From assembly GCA_964187785.1 (NCBI GenBank), contig OZ076409.1, positions 43,402,001 through 43,466,000 on the forward strand: 64,000 nt of DNA, given 5' to 3'. Below are positions 44,501 through 58,121 of this stretch, in pieces. A model generated the notes under the pieces. It had not been told where the DNA came from, made no database searches, and saw nothing but the letters and a program-made list of their open reading frames with translations. Every line of letters starts with the position of its first letter. Within the stretch, counting starts at the first letter, position 1. The stretch comes from Amphiscolops sp. MND2022. Lineage: Eukaryota. Made by a program: the position numbers and the translations under genes.

Positions 44501-47000
44501 GGATAGATTCACTTTGACTAGTTGCGGTAGTCCCTTAACATCGGACATGGACGCAAAAGTGACTGAATTCAGAGAAGCAAGGCTGTCATGAAGTTTTTGG
44601 TGGCATGATTCGCTGGAGTTGTTCAAGCTCTGGCTCTGTTTACCGGGTTTTGGTCGGCTCGGAAAAATGCGTTCGGTTCCATGTAAAAGAGTATTGTTGC
44701 TACTTCTCTCCTTCTTACGTGGATTCGGACATTTGCGGAAACTATGCTCATCGTTTAGAAAAGAAAAGCAAATTTTGTTTTCAGCAATAATTTTCGCTCT
44801 TTGCGTCAGTGTTTTTTCTTTGAAGAGTCTGCACAACGCCATTCTGGATGACGTTCTTTGCAAGCGATACATGTTTTGAACGTTTTGACAGGGACACTGG
44901 TCTCGATTGACTTTGAGTCTCTTGAAGACTCGATATTGGAAGAAAATGCCTTCGAGGTTTTTGATTCGGCTCCACTTTGAGCAGACTCATCACTGCTAAA
45001 CTTTTTCTGGGTTGCTTGCATCATGTCGTGGGCCTCTGACATTTCTTGGAGCCAAGTGTTAAAATCGAGAAGTGTTGGTCTGTACAAATTCCGTTTAACA
45101 GTGTGTTAAGACCACTCCTCTCTCATGTTAGGCGGCAACTTGCTAAATGCTTAATTCAAAAGTGACGCACTGCGGAGGTCGGATTCGTAAGAAAATGACT
45201 GAAACAAATTGACAAATTTACTGATTGTAGAAGCTTAGCTTAGGATACTTTCAGAACTATGCATCTTTACAGCGGGGTAGGTTGCGAGCTTGTCTAAATA
45301 AGCCCCCATAACAGTCTATGGCTGGCTGGAGTATTTCTCCAACGTGTTCAAGGCTCCAGTGTACAAAGCGCCGCAGTATGCGAAGTTCGCGTTGACAGCT
45401 CTCGCTTTCCCAGTTATTCAGGTTTTGAGACATGTTAACTTCACATCTTGGCTCAATTGAGTCGAATCTACAGCGGAACGAAACTTTCCATACCATTCAT
45501 GCCAAGTCAGTCGGTTTCCCGCATACGTATCCAATTTCCTTCCCGGGAATGATCTTTCCTGCTTATTGTGAGCAGTTCTGCTCTGTCCTTTATAGTCACT
45601 TGGGTATTTAACACTTGCTGGCTGGTTTGCATACTTTGCGGCTCTACGCATGGCTGGAAATGTACGTTTGCGTTCGCCTCCGCGCCAGCTTTTGATGAGC
45701 CAGGTAATATAGGAAACACAGTACCGCCCTGGGATGTATGTGGTTGCTACCGTAGGTGCTCGTAGGTGCTTCAATGTTCGAAAATACACCACAGCTCTCA
45801 AACGTTTTTGATAATGTGCAAGAACTTTCAAGTGTTCGGGGCTCGATAGCGGTCTGTTTCTGTCACTTGAGTGTTTGCTCAAAGAGTTATTCAGCACATC
45901 ATGCCACAAAATTAAGGTTTCTGCGCGTTTGAAGCATAATTCAACAGGAATTGAATGGTTTTCCTTTTTTTGACAGCGTTTGCGTTGATACTCATCCCAG
46001 ATACAGTGAAACTACGCTTCGTGATTCGTTTACTAGTGTTTTTCGGCGAACTTTTTATTGCATGATGAAGCGAGTTAGCTCCTAAGATGAACACCATCAA
46101 CTTTTATTCGAGCCAGCGAAATGTACGGCTTGGACTTTCAATTAAACTTGAGTACAAGTGTTCGCTACTAGAGATTAGTCCGTTGTCCTCTGAACAAACA
46201 CAATGATTATACACTTTAGCAACGTGGATTAGAAAAGGGACAAAGGATAAAGTTTTTGGAGTAGTGGAGTTTGATTTTCAAGCAAAATGTTTCAAAGTTT
46301 GTTTTGGTTTAGCAGCCCTCGTGTACTTAGCTGAACATGTGTTGTTGTAGCTGCGGATTCAACGGTGCACATGAAGAGCTCTGTTGATCTGACGCAAACT
46401 TTAGAAATAGCAGTGGGAAGTTGGGTCGTGTGATATTGACCGTTGAGGAGTCACTTCCATTTCGAAAATGTTGGGTGGGAAACAACCGGTTCGGGATGGT
46501 AGCTGTTACCGGATCGCGGCATCAAAATGTTTCCTTTAAGTCTGTCAGTTCGGTGAGTGAGAAACGATGTATTTATAATAACAATGGATTTTGAAGTACC
46601 TTGGTCAAAATACAATGCTAAGGCTGTATGAGATTCAGTCATCAACAAAAACGGATAAGCGTTTGATCCTGCAACGGTTCAGTGAACACAAAATGGCAGC
46701 TTTAATATAATAAATACATGAACTTTAGCACCGATTATGCAATGTTTATCAACAGTGCGTACAAGTTAATGTCAATGAAATTAATCACTTCAGAACAAAA
46801 AGTTAGATGTCAATCAAAATGACATTTGTGCTCATGTTTTATGGTTATTCAAAAAAAGGAATCGGTTCACCCGAACCGTTGCTCTGGCGGGTTCGAAAAA
46901 CTATCGGTAACGTGAAGGTCAACGTTCGTACCGTAAAACATTGGTATTTTATTTAGGTGAAACACGACTTTCATTTTTTGTTTACGAACAATTATCAACA
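41509..47000 (-). mobile_element. Degenerate BEL/Pao LTR retrotransposon with RT deleted
   Basis: LTRs TG...CA at 41509-42021 and 46528-47000. PPT GGGGCGGAGAA at 42022-42032, degenerate PBS next to 46527, TSD GATAT/GAAAT. Gag, Zn-knuckle, protease, RNase H (FVIGKARVAP) and integrase fragments. Confidence 0.9.
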
Positions 47001-47997
47001 GAAATGTTTTATCACTTTCCACTTGATTTATTCGGTAAAGGACTCATTTGAAAAAAAACTACCATATTATGTTTTCAATGCACGTATTTTACACTATATT
47101 GTTCCGTCTTTGAGAAAAATTATAACGAGAGACAATTGTAAATTACCATTTTCAACGGATATAAATATCATGTTGCCCGAAATGTTTGATTCAACTCCTT
47201 GTAACTGGTGCTTTTTGAAACATTTTGACCAGCAGAGATCCAACTAAACGAACCAGTTTTGTGCACAATGGTTGCATTATCTCTACCGGAGAACTAGAAA
47301 ACAATTCGGCCCATCTTATGTTAAAAGTCTCAATTTCGTTTCTCCGTGTGGCTTTCCACTTGATTTATTCACTATTTGTCTCAATTGCCAAAAATTGGTT
47401 TCTCGATCGTGTACGATGAAACATGGCACCTTTAGTGTGAAATTCAAGATACAAAAAGTCCGTCCCACCTCAATTTATCGATTCTGAACGCGATTCCCAA
47501 AAATTTTGCTGAATGGACCCTTATTGGATATTTTGCTGAAATTTATTCACTGAACCAAATTTTTGTTGTAGTATATAAAACTTCCAGTCATCTAGGCAAT
47601 GACCATGATGATCAAAACATCACTTCCTTCGTTCTGCTAGGTTTTCATAACCTTACTTTAACGAAATTTCACTTCGAACTATTTTTTTAGTAGGCGCATT
47701 TTGGTAGAAAATGTGCCCGACTATTACTGTGGGTGTATTGGTTTTTTAGACACGAAAGGTCCACTTTTTTGTTCATTTGTTCAACAACCTCAAACCTCAA
47801 CAACTTCAAACCTCAACAACTCCAACCTCAGAAGCGCGTCCAAAACGAAAAGAAAAAACAAAACAGACGTCCACAACCTCGAAAACACACTGAAGATCCC
47901 ACCTTTTTCTCAATTCAAGGCTCAATAAGTGTCTGCATTTATGTTTCCACTTTCATTCATATGCATTTATTTATCTGAGCCGTTTTAGTTATCTTCA

Positions 47998-48546
47998 TTT
48001 TTAGTCGGCGCATTTTAGTAGAAAATGTGCCCGACTCTTACAGTGGGTAGTTTTTTTTAGACACGAAAGTTCCACTTTTCTTTCTGTGTCTTTTCTTTTT
48101 GTTCTTTGTTCAGTCCATTTCTTCAACAACTTGGCGAACCTAAGAAGCGCGTCCAAAACGAAAAAGAAAACAAAACAAACAGTACCTCGACAACACACTA
48201 ACGATCTCCCCTAAGCCTCCCCCCTCACTTTTTTTCGGCACTATGCGACTTTTTTTTGAAGTTTTTTGGATTGCACCAGAGGGTCCCTCTTCATTTGTTT
48301 CGATATTTTGCAACACAATGGATGTCAAAAAGGGTACCCCCTTTTACATTTTTCGGCACTGTGACACTGTTCAAAAATCTCATTTAAAAAATTTTTTTGG
48401 CATATTTTTTCATGTCTCCAAAGGGTCCCCCCTTCAATTTTTTTAAATTTTTTGCAACCAGCTGGAGTTTCACAAAGCCCGAAGGGTCCCCCTTTTAAAT
48501 TTTGAGCCTTAGATATGGCGCCGTCTTTGGTCGTTCTCGGCTTGTT
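47998..48546 (+). mobile_element. Helentron-like non-autonomous element (HINE-type); partial second 5' end at ~47685
   Basis: Sub-terminal inverted repeats AGTCGGCGC (48003) and GCGCCGTCT (~48518), a short 3' hairpin and a CTTGTT end. Confidence 0.55.
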
Positions 48547-48989
48547 ACTTTCTTCCGTAGCTAAAAAACTACAAAGATACTGAATGCTCCCTTTCAAGCA
48601 CCCAAAACTGCATTGACTGACAATTGTATCCGTTCAGTGTTAAAACGAATAAAATTTTCTCCGGTTGATGCAGATGGTTTCAACACGCTGAAGGCTTTTT
48701 GTAAAGGAGATCAAAGAGATCTTGCTGACAGTGGACAACAAAATGACTAAACGTTTTACGGTCAAACTTCATGAATATTATAACTGACTGTAAGGTTTGA
48801 AATACAACAAAAAAGCACAGCACGCAAACAAATAAATTTTGACTGTAAAACAAAACGACATTTACCTTCTTTTGTGTAAAAAACTATAAATTATTTGATG
48901 ACTGAGAACCAACAAATGTCTGAAACATATACGATTTCTTCCTTGGAATTAATAGACGATCGCTGAGATTACATTTTGGTGACCTAAAA

Positions 48990-50410
48990 TTTAAACTAAG
49001 TGAATATGAAAATAAATCACCGGCATTAGTTTTAATACCAGACTCCCTGGCTCTCTGAAAACGATCCCCTAGAAACTTTTGTATCAGAGGCTATCATTAG
49101 TTATTGTCAAAACCACGTCAGTCCGGGATAAGAGGTCGCGTTGCTTTCCTTGCAAGATGTGATGTCAAGTACGAGATACTCGAATTCGAAACTAAGCTAG
49201 AATGTGCATGATAAATGAAAAAATTATGATCTCAACATAAAAAACTTCTGCGTTATTTATCGTCCAGACGCTCTCAATTTTGTAGTGTTCATGGAGTTAC
49301 TCGAACAATTATTGATTCATTTGAGAACTCTAAAACATGATTGCATATTGTTTGGAGATTTTAAGGTTGATACACTTACCGCTGATAATGAACAGCATCA
49401 ATACACTAACATGTTAGCTGCCTACGGCTTTGCGGCGGTACAAAACAACTCCCCAACTAGGGTCACTAGCACAACTGCCACATGTTTGAATCACATAATG
49501 AGCAGCTTCCCCATTGAAACTGAAACAATAAAAGTTACAATAAGTGATCACTTCGCACTTGAAGCATCAATTCCACTACTATCGTACAACAGAGAAGACA
49601 AAACGGCATGTAGTCCTGAAAAGTACAGAAGCTTGAAGAATCTTAAGGGGGAAAAGGCAATAAGTTTTTTTTGTATTAGTTTAAAATTTAAAGGCTCAGG
49701 ACATGAATAACAACTTGGATAACACTTTGGAAAGTTTGATTCAAAACATCATGGAATGCGTAAACAAGTTTCACCCGAGAAGTCACACGACCAAAAACCA
49801 CATTTTCATGGATAACTAACAAAATTAAGAACGAAATTAGAAAACGTGACAAAATATTTCAGAAATGGATTGATGATCTCTCTGATGACAATCGAATTAA
49901 GTATAAAGCTATACGAAATAAAATTACAAAAGAAATCAAAAACGCCAAAGGTGAACATAATTTTTGCAAATTGGGTACTAATCCAACATTAAAGAAAATC
50001 TACAGTTCACAGTCTCAATGATTACTTTACGCAAATTGGTACCTTACTATCAAGTAAGATAAACAACTCCTATGAAGATAAGATTCTCAGAAATTTAACA
50101 AGTATGGTACTTAAGAAAACCACCCGCAACGAAGTCTCCATGATTTTCAAATCATTGAATAATAAATACAGTACTGGTCCTCATGGAATTAGTTATGCAA
50201 TATTAAAGTCCTGCTCACCAATCATTGAAACTTATCTTTGTACATTTAATAACCTTGATGCATTCAAAAACGAAATTATCACAACAGCTAAAAATAGCTA
50301 AAGTTATAGCACTATACAAAAACGATAACAAACTGCTCTCTTTAAACTACTGGCCTATAGATTTGTTGAGCAGAATTTCAAAAATTTTGAAAAAGTCATA
50401 TTTATGCAAT
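48990..50410 (+). pseudogene. Degenerate non-LTR retrotransposon (LINE) ORF2: APE endonuclease and start of RT
   Basis: CILFGDF, PTRVTSTTATCLNHI, ISDHFA; STGPHGIS, KIAKVIALYK, NYWPIDLLSRISKILKK. Confidence 0.85.
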
Positions 50411-51999
50411 ATTGAGGCTTTTTCGAGCTGTGTTTTTTTTTAAAAAACAATCATACTCGCTACTTTCCTTTAGCTGTTTTCGAACTTTACATGAACGAAT
50501 CGCTGCTTGAACTGATCAACAAGATCAGAGGAAATTCACCGTTCAATTTTTTGAAATTTTTTTTTGTTCCCGCAAAAGTAAACACCAGAAGTAAAGAAGA
50601 AGTTCTGATACCATCTGTTTGCACCCGTACAAAACTCTGTCAAAGATCACTATAAATATCAATTTTACAACTCAATAAATGGTTAAAAGAAAACAGTTTG
50701 CTACCAGAGAGTATCGGAAAAATGAGTAAAGCTAGTTGCGCAGCGCTTATTGAAAAAAATGAATTGCAACTGTATTACCAATAACAGAGATTTACATAAT
50801 TTATTTTACTATGTCAAATTATTAAAGTACCTCCTGAGAATTTATTTTGTTGGTTCCCAGGGCCGGAGCATTGGAAGAGTTGAAAAACTCATTTCCGTTC
50901 ATGTTGATTGTAATATTACTTTTGTAATTTTAGATTTAACGAAATCAATTTAACGTTAACCTTTAATCTTAACTTTCTGACTGATTGGAAAATTGAAACG
51001 TAGTCGTCAGTTGGCCTAGAGAATGAGTGGGATATTGCAAGCAAGAAACTAGCTGGTCCAATATCGCAGTGTTATATTCGTAGAGATGGAGGACTGGTCG
51101 TTTAACATTTTTTAAATCGAGAAGAATATTATTTTAAAGATGTAGTTTAGGCTTTCTCCCAAAAAGTTCTCTCCGAAACGCATATAGAGGAAAATTAGAG
51201 AGAGAAAAGATGTTGAATTTAGATTTCTATAAAGAAACATGAAACAGACCTTTGTCTGTCGTTGATCGATACAAATACTTTTTTCTCGGTATCTTTCATT
51301 GATTTGAAGTTGATTTAAATACTGCCATTCACTCCTCACACTCCTCGTTGATATATTCTATTGATTTGAGTTCGAGATTCGAGTACGTCTGTTTACTTGG
51401 ACACTCAACCGAAGGTTCGAAGTGGTATAAATGAAGGAAACCATGACACTACAAACAAAAAAGTACAAGGAGAATTTGTAGACCAAACACGCGAAATCAC
51501 TGCGATGACACGATTAAAACAAAGTAGTACTCAATAAAAAAGGTGTTGCGTTGCGCACACAAAATCCCGAAAAAAATGAAGAGCGAAAAACGAAAGAAAA
51601 CTAAAAGAGCAACGTAGCCTGAAACGTGTATCGAAAGGCAAACCCAGAAAAGGAATTTAAAAAGCTTCTGTTTATTTGTTGATGTTTTGTCATGTGCATA
51701 AAGAATTATTTATCAATTGACTTTAGTGGGTGGTACACGGTTTCTCCGATATGACCTCTACCGAGTTTTGGTATACAACAATAGAAAACACCAGAAACTT
51801 AGTAAGCTCTGTTTTTTTAACCCTAGTCATAAAATACAACATGGCTCAGTCAATCATTTTTACTATTCTTTGAACAAGAACTTTTTGGAAACAAAGAAAC
51901 CAAACGACGGGAGGTTGCCGGCGAACCAACCGTACCGAAGTTTCAAGCAGCAGCATCGGCCGGAAAACCGGTATTCGCATCAAGTCAATAGTTGAACGA

Positions 52000-54100
52000 T
52001 TCCGAAATATTCAAAATGAGAAAATGAAATGAACATTTCACCATTGATAATAAGAGAAAATATGGTACAAACCAGATGGTCCGGAAAACGAGCAGAAGTA
52101 AAAAAGGTTATATTTGGAGTATAAGACAAGACGCACTATACTACATAACAAACGCCGATTACGAACCAGAACCAGATAGAATTGGTATTGAGGACTTGAA
52201 TCCCTTATTCGCGGAAAATCGTTTGCGAAACAATAAGTGTATTTTTTGGGCAAAACAGAGGGAAGACGAAACACAAAACATCTGGAAAGGACTAATTGAC
52301 ATTAAAAACCAGAGCAATTTTAACAAAATATGAGCGCAAGAACTACTAATATCGAGGTACCTGACCGCAAGGGCAGACAAAATGTTACGGGACTAATTGA
52401 TCCAGAAAAAGCGCTGAAGTTGAAAAAATCAATAGGCCGTTACGAACAAAAGACATACGAGAACGTAAGAAAGAAAATACAAAACCGGAATCAAGAATTC
52501 AGGCAAAAGAAGGACAGACAAACAAGGAAGAACCAAATCAAAGAATGACAAACTTCGATAAAAACTGAAAAACAGAACATTCAAAAACTGACTCAGACGA
52601 TTCTTCAACGCCCCTAACTGGAATCCACTACAAAAATGTCCTGTTCTAGAATCTACTTTCCTATTCGCAGTAAGTTCAGAAAGAAAGGATAGTCTGTAGA
52701 AGGTTGGTTTCAAAGAAACTTCAACAACCCAACGGTCAGAAACGTCACAGAAGAGGAAGAAAATATACTAATGGATTGTCCAGCATGTCGGTTGAAAGAA
52801 CGCATCACATTAAAAACCAAGATAAAATTAGGAAGATGAATTTTACACGACGAAAACAAAACCAAATTCAGCGGAATGTAGAACAAATTCATCATAGACA
52901 ACCGCTCACCGATAACAATAATGCCAACAGACGAGAAATTATTACAATCAACCACAATACAAAAGAACAAATCGATATAAAGACGGGAAGAACAAATTGA
53001 AATTCCGTTGCAACTTACTTGTAAATACTGAACATGAAAATAAGAAAGAAAAAAGGAAATCTCAAACACCGTACGAACCGAACTAACACCAATCCTGGGA
53101 CTGAACTGGATGAAAATCCAGCCTAACAAATGAAAGAAAACATCTGGTCGAAATCTACAAGTCAGCAAGAGAGAGTTTTTCAATAAATTTCCGGACTTTG
53201 TCTGAAAACAACGAAACGATGAACGTCATCGCATTAAAAACACAACTTTAAACCAGGATACTATCATTTGAAAAAACGCATGGCCAATTCCAGCACATTT
53301 GCGAAAAGATGTGGTGAGAGAATTAGAGAAAATAATGAAGGCGGGACATCTAGGAAACAAGCAACTAACATAGTGGATGAAGATTGTTCTGTATCTCCAA
53401 TAGTTACTGCCGTGAAAAGCGACAAAGCAGTGAAAAGAGCACTCGATTCAAGAAAACAAAACAAGCGCTGCATAGCAATGTGTGTTCATATGCCAAGCTT
53501 GGAGGAGATAATAATCTAAAATCGGTGGAGATCACCCGTGACCGGATTGTACAAATGATTATCTCGAATATTGATCTAGCTGACGCGTACGGACAATTAA
53601 AAATATACGGAGACAAGCCGACAATGTACGTTCGCCAAATCAACGGAAAATTCAGCAAACAATATAGATTCAGGAAAGATTCAATTTATTTGCCGAAATA
53701 CCCGTGTTTTCCAATAAAAAGGTTGACAGAACATTTAAGAGTTGCACGCTGTCGTGATTTGACGACATAAAGGAAGTAACAGGCTGAAACAAAGAAGAAC
53801 ACGAGAACACATTATTGTTCGCGCTACCTAAACTAAAAAAAGCCCGTTACCAGGCGCAATAAAAAGCAACATTCTTTATGAACTGAACAAGAATGCTGGA
53901 ACATGAATCAGATGAAACCGCAACAAAACCGAACAAAACTGTATTTGGCCCTTTGCTCGAAAGTTGAAGATAAAAAGGTTACTATGGGTCACCACTGGCA
54001 ACAACGAACGCCATCAGACTCTGCGGAAAACAAGATGGAATATCTTTGGAATATCTGGAAGATCAAACTGCAATACATACGGATTTTGATATCTAAATAA
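52000..54100 (+). pseudogene. Heavily decayed Ty3/Gypsy gag-pol related to the element at 56-64 kb
   Basis: DEDCSVSPIVTAVKSDKAVKRALDSRK and IDLADAYGQ mirror EEDCFVSPVVITVKNDKSVKIALDSRK and IDLDYAYGQ. Confidence 0.8.
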
Positions 54101-55797
54101 TACTAAGATAAATTGCTCGATCAAAAGACTTGAATTTCAAGCTGTGGTATTTGGATTAGAGAAATTCCTTTTTTGACCTTCACGGAAAGATTATTTATAT
54201 AACGAAACCGATATCCAAGTCCGTAGAGCCTGAGACATTTCAGACTGTGAGTATTCTAGACTGAATAGATACGGTAGCACACCATATAGTAGAAAGTTTG
54301 AGTTATTAAAAGATTTAACCAGTCTGAAGTCTGAATTTTTTTAGATGCACAGTAGAACCTATCAAAGGAAATTCGGAGTCAGAGATGGTGCATAATCCAA
54401 TGGATTTCTTCCCAGTAGACATGACGCCGTCGGGGAATTTCCTCATTCCAGTGAGAACCCCGGACGTGGAGTGGAGAATATCGTACGTTGATCGGATATA
54501 ACTTCTACCGATCGTCGGTCTAGAACAATGAACAAAACAGGATCTCATTGACAAACTTTCATGCGTAGTATCAATATTTTATGTTACGTATTTGTGGATA
54601 GGTTTTTGAATAACACGTTTGCCATTAACCTCGACAGTGCTTTTGTCCCCAAATGAGGACAGCGATTTTTTTCACAATCAATAAAATATTACGAAACGCA
54701 AAAAGCATATAGGAAAACGAAATTTTGTTTTTCTAATCAACAATCTATTGGACTACCTGGGGCGAGTTGTTATTTGTGTCAATATAGTTTGTTTTCCGAA
54801 CCACCGGCAAAAAGGTAACTAGAAAAAAGTGAAAATTTGCAAAAAAAAATACTTTTCAGAAAATTAATTTTTTCTAAATAACACAGCAACTGTTTGCTAA
54901 GTTACTGTCACACTCTAGTAACACAGTTGGCCACCATTGAAACCGCATATAGAAGTTTTTTTAATGAAGCTTCAGCGAAAAGTTCGAGTGGCATGAGTTC
55001 AGCTGTCGCTATTATGCGTGGAGAAATTAGGCTTTGAAAATTTTTTTCCTAGTTTTTGTCACTTTTTCAACTTCTCGGTGTACTGTCGAGGTTAAATGCC
55101 GCTGTTTTCAAAACTCTGTTTTTTAAATCCCAGTTTAGAATACAACAGTGGGCATGTGTCATTAAATATTTTCGGAATAACAATCAGAAATCGTGATCCA
55201 CTCGCAATCGCCAAAGATGCCTAACGACACCTCAAAGTAGTCCCTGTCAGAAAGATTTTAAAATTTCAAGAAAATCAAACTTATTTCAGAAAAAGCTTCA
55301 CCTGTTCAATTTTCACTATCATTTCAATTCTACGACATCGTCTGTAGACAGATCGTGACTAAAATTTTTGCCTTATTGTGAAGTCGTACCACAAGTTTTG
55401 TGAGCTAACTTGTACAAAGGCCGACGCTCCACATTTCAAAAATTATTAGCTTTTTTAAACGAATTTTAGGAAGATGTAGATGTGTTTACAATTGACTTTT
55501 TTTTAAAAAAAAACATTTGAAAACAGCTTTTTTCTACAACCAAAATCTGACTCAACGAACAATGAAAACGAAAGCTAATATTTTCTTTTTAAAAGCAATG
55601 AAAATGTGAACGCTGCTGCCGCTAAAACGCGTTGCAGATGATTGCCGTTTCGTGGCGTTGAATATGGTTAACATTAAATTTTTTCCAACAAACCTTAGTT
55701 GCTTTTAAGCCCACTCTCTACCACTTACAGTAACGAAAGTAGAGAAAATCTTAAGAAAAAGACAACCATGTAGTTTTTCACACTCGACTTCAGCTGC

Positions 55798-58121
55798 TTC
55801 ATCTCATCAACCTTACATATCTCCCGCAACTGCGCCCCACCAAATATATTCGCTGAGTTGCACGAACATTGTATGAACGAGCGAGCATGTAGTTAATTGA
55901 GTAAATATAAATCTTCGCTTTTTTCCTATTCTGTAATCATTCGAAAAAATTTTGGTTGCCTCGTTTTCACCATATACAATATTTCTTGCATGTACTTTAA
56001 TACTTTGTCGTTTCATCGACTCATCATTTTTACTCCAAACTTTTCATTTTGTCCGATTCGTAGCCGTGACAATTTTTTCAGACCGAGAGATTAAGTTTCC
56101 TGGATATGAAGTTTTGGTCTTTTCTGACAGGGTCCTTCCCTAATCTCAGTAGAGAAAACGGAAACTTAGATTTATATTTTTCGACAGAAAATAAAATTCA
56201 GGCAAAGTTATCATCAAAAAGTGTTGAAAAGATTTGAAGTGTTCTATTTCTGCTTTGTTGAGATATAAGAAAACAATGTCAGTACTGATTTCTATTTTCT
56301 AATGCCAAACTGTATCGTAAATTTACGTTAACAACAATGGTTCCTTACGAAACTAATCTAGTGTACATATGTATATAAATATGTATAAACAGAAAGAGGA
56401 ACAATTATAGTTTGTTGGTATATGTTCAATTTCAGTTTGATTGGCACTTCATTGAACCGAATAATTCGGACGCGGTATATCACCGTATAACATTCCCCCC
56501 CTTCTGGGCTTCTCTTTCACATCTTGGAAGTTCCCGGCATTGGGCTCATCTCTCTTTGGAAATCTGCTGGTTTCAGTAGTGCTGGTTCTGAACTACTTTG
56601 GTTATTTCCTGAAACAGATCATTTTTTATAACCAAAAGTTTTTTGTATATCGTACTCGCCCGTACAAATTCGGTTGACTACATTTTCGGCTTGACCTTCT
56701 AACAGGTGATTTTTCGGTTTCTAGAAATTTATTTTCATTCTCACCGGTAGGCATCTCACCGTCAGTATGTAGTCTCAATTCGTCTTCGGGATTTGTGTTG
56801 ATCGGCTTGTACCCGTTTCTTTCGGACGTATCCGGATTTTCCATCTCGAAGTCGCTTTCCTCGTCAATTTCACCCTCCTCGCTTTCTGATTCCGATTCGT
56901 ATTTATATGTCCGGTTTTGTATGATTTTCAATTTTCCATTCAGTATATCTATCGCGGAGTATTTCATTCCACTGAATGTATTTCCCGTCGACGCCTCGGA
57001 GACAGTGTCGATTCTTCGGTGTAATTTTGTCTCCGATTTGCGGTGCCCGTTCTTTTTTCTTTTCGGTCTGAAATACAATTAGTCCCGTAATGTGTTTTCG
57101 GTGAATTATTCTTCCACTCTCGGTGGTTACGGTATGTTCGGTTCCCCTTACCGCGGTTTGAATTTTCTTTTGAAATTTTCCTTCTAGTGATTTTCTATTG
57201 TAGTTTTTTTCTACAAACTTAAAGGGATATTCACTAACCGAATGTTTCTTTTTCGGTTGTTTGTCCACCGCCTTTTCCTCGGCTTTGGTTTTCGCCATGA
57301 CCAGGTAATTTGTTACATCCCCCTCTTCATCTCTCGATACATACATTGGGATTTTTGGCTTTCTTTCAGCTGAAACAGATAGTTCCGTCCAATCAGAGAG
57401 AAATGATTTACCGTCTTTAACCAGATTGGTTAATTCGGTTCGCGGCTTTCTACCGTGGTGTAGTTCGAATGGCGTTAATTTTAATCCGGTGTGTATTGTA
57501 AATCGCATTACTTTTAATGCTCTATTTACACATTCGGTCAGGCATAAATTGTCTTCTAAATTAGCCACTATTAAGTTCTTCATGGTTTGTATAGCGCGTT
57601 CTACTGCTCCCGTACCGGTATGTATTCTCGGTGTGCTGTATTCTATTTCAATGTTTTTCGATTCACAGAATTCAATGTAGTCTTTTGAAATAAATGCTCC
57701 GCCTTTATCCGATTTAATTTTTTCCGTTATTCCGTACAAGTTAAAGTTTTGTTTTAGGAAGTTAATTACTTCTTTTGTTTCGGATGTTTTGCAAATTTTT
57801 ACGGTCGGCCATTTACTAAATCTATCTATCGCAATTAGTAGCTGGTTCTCTCCGTTCAATTTTTTATTGTGTAATTTTCCGGTAAAATCGATTTGAATTT
57901 CTTGTCCCGGTTCGGTAAGTGTTTTTAATTTTCCGCTTTCGTTTTTCGGTAATTGATATTTTAAATTCTTACCAGATGATAAGCAGGCTACACAATTTTT
58001 GACTTTTTCTTCGATGTCTTTGGTGATGTTTGGCCACCAAAAGATTTTTGCTTCTGCTGACATTTTGGTGGTTCCCGCATGTCCAAAGTGTAAGGTATTC
58101 AATAGCTTCTTTCGGAGTTCA
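55798..58121 (-). repeat. ~2.3-kb tandem duplicate of the Gypsy 3' end (integrase, PPT, LTR)
   Basis: Near-identical to 58118-60435, with junction microhomology TTCA. PPT/LTR junctions at 56492 and 58811. Confidence 0.92.
56903..58102 (-). CDS. Gypsy integrase (open frame in the duplicated copy)
   Basis: HFGH..CVAC Zn motif; IQIDFTG, IKSDKGG and AVERAIQT (DDE). Confidence 0.85.
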   Translation of the reverse strand: MNTLHFGHAGTTKMSAEAKIFWWPNITKDIEEKVKNCVACLSSGKNLKYQLPKNESGKLKTLTEPGQEIQIDFTGKLHNKKLNGENQLLIAIDRFSKWPTVKICKTSETKEVINFLKQNFNLYGITEKIKSDKGGAFISKDYIEFCESKNIEIEYSTPRIHTGTGAVERAIQTMKNLIVANLEDNLCLTECVNRALKVMRFTIHTGLKLTPFELHHGRKPRTELTNLVKDGKSFLSDWTELSVSAERKPKIPMYVSRDEEGDVTNYLVMAKTKAEEKAVDKQPKKKHSVSEYPFKFVEKNYNRKSLEGKFQKKIQTAVRGTEHTVTTESGRIIHRKHITGLIVFQTEKKKERAPQIGDKITPKNRHCLRGVDGKYIQWNEILRDRYTEWKIENHTKPDI

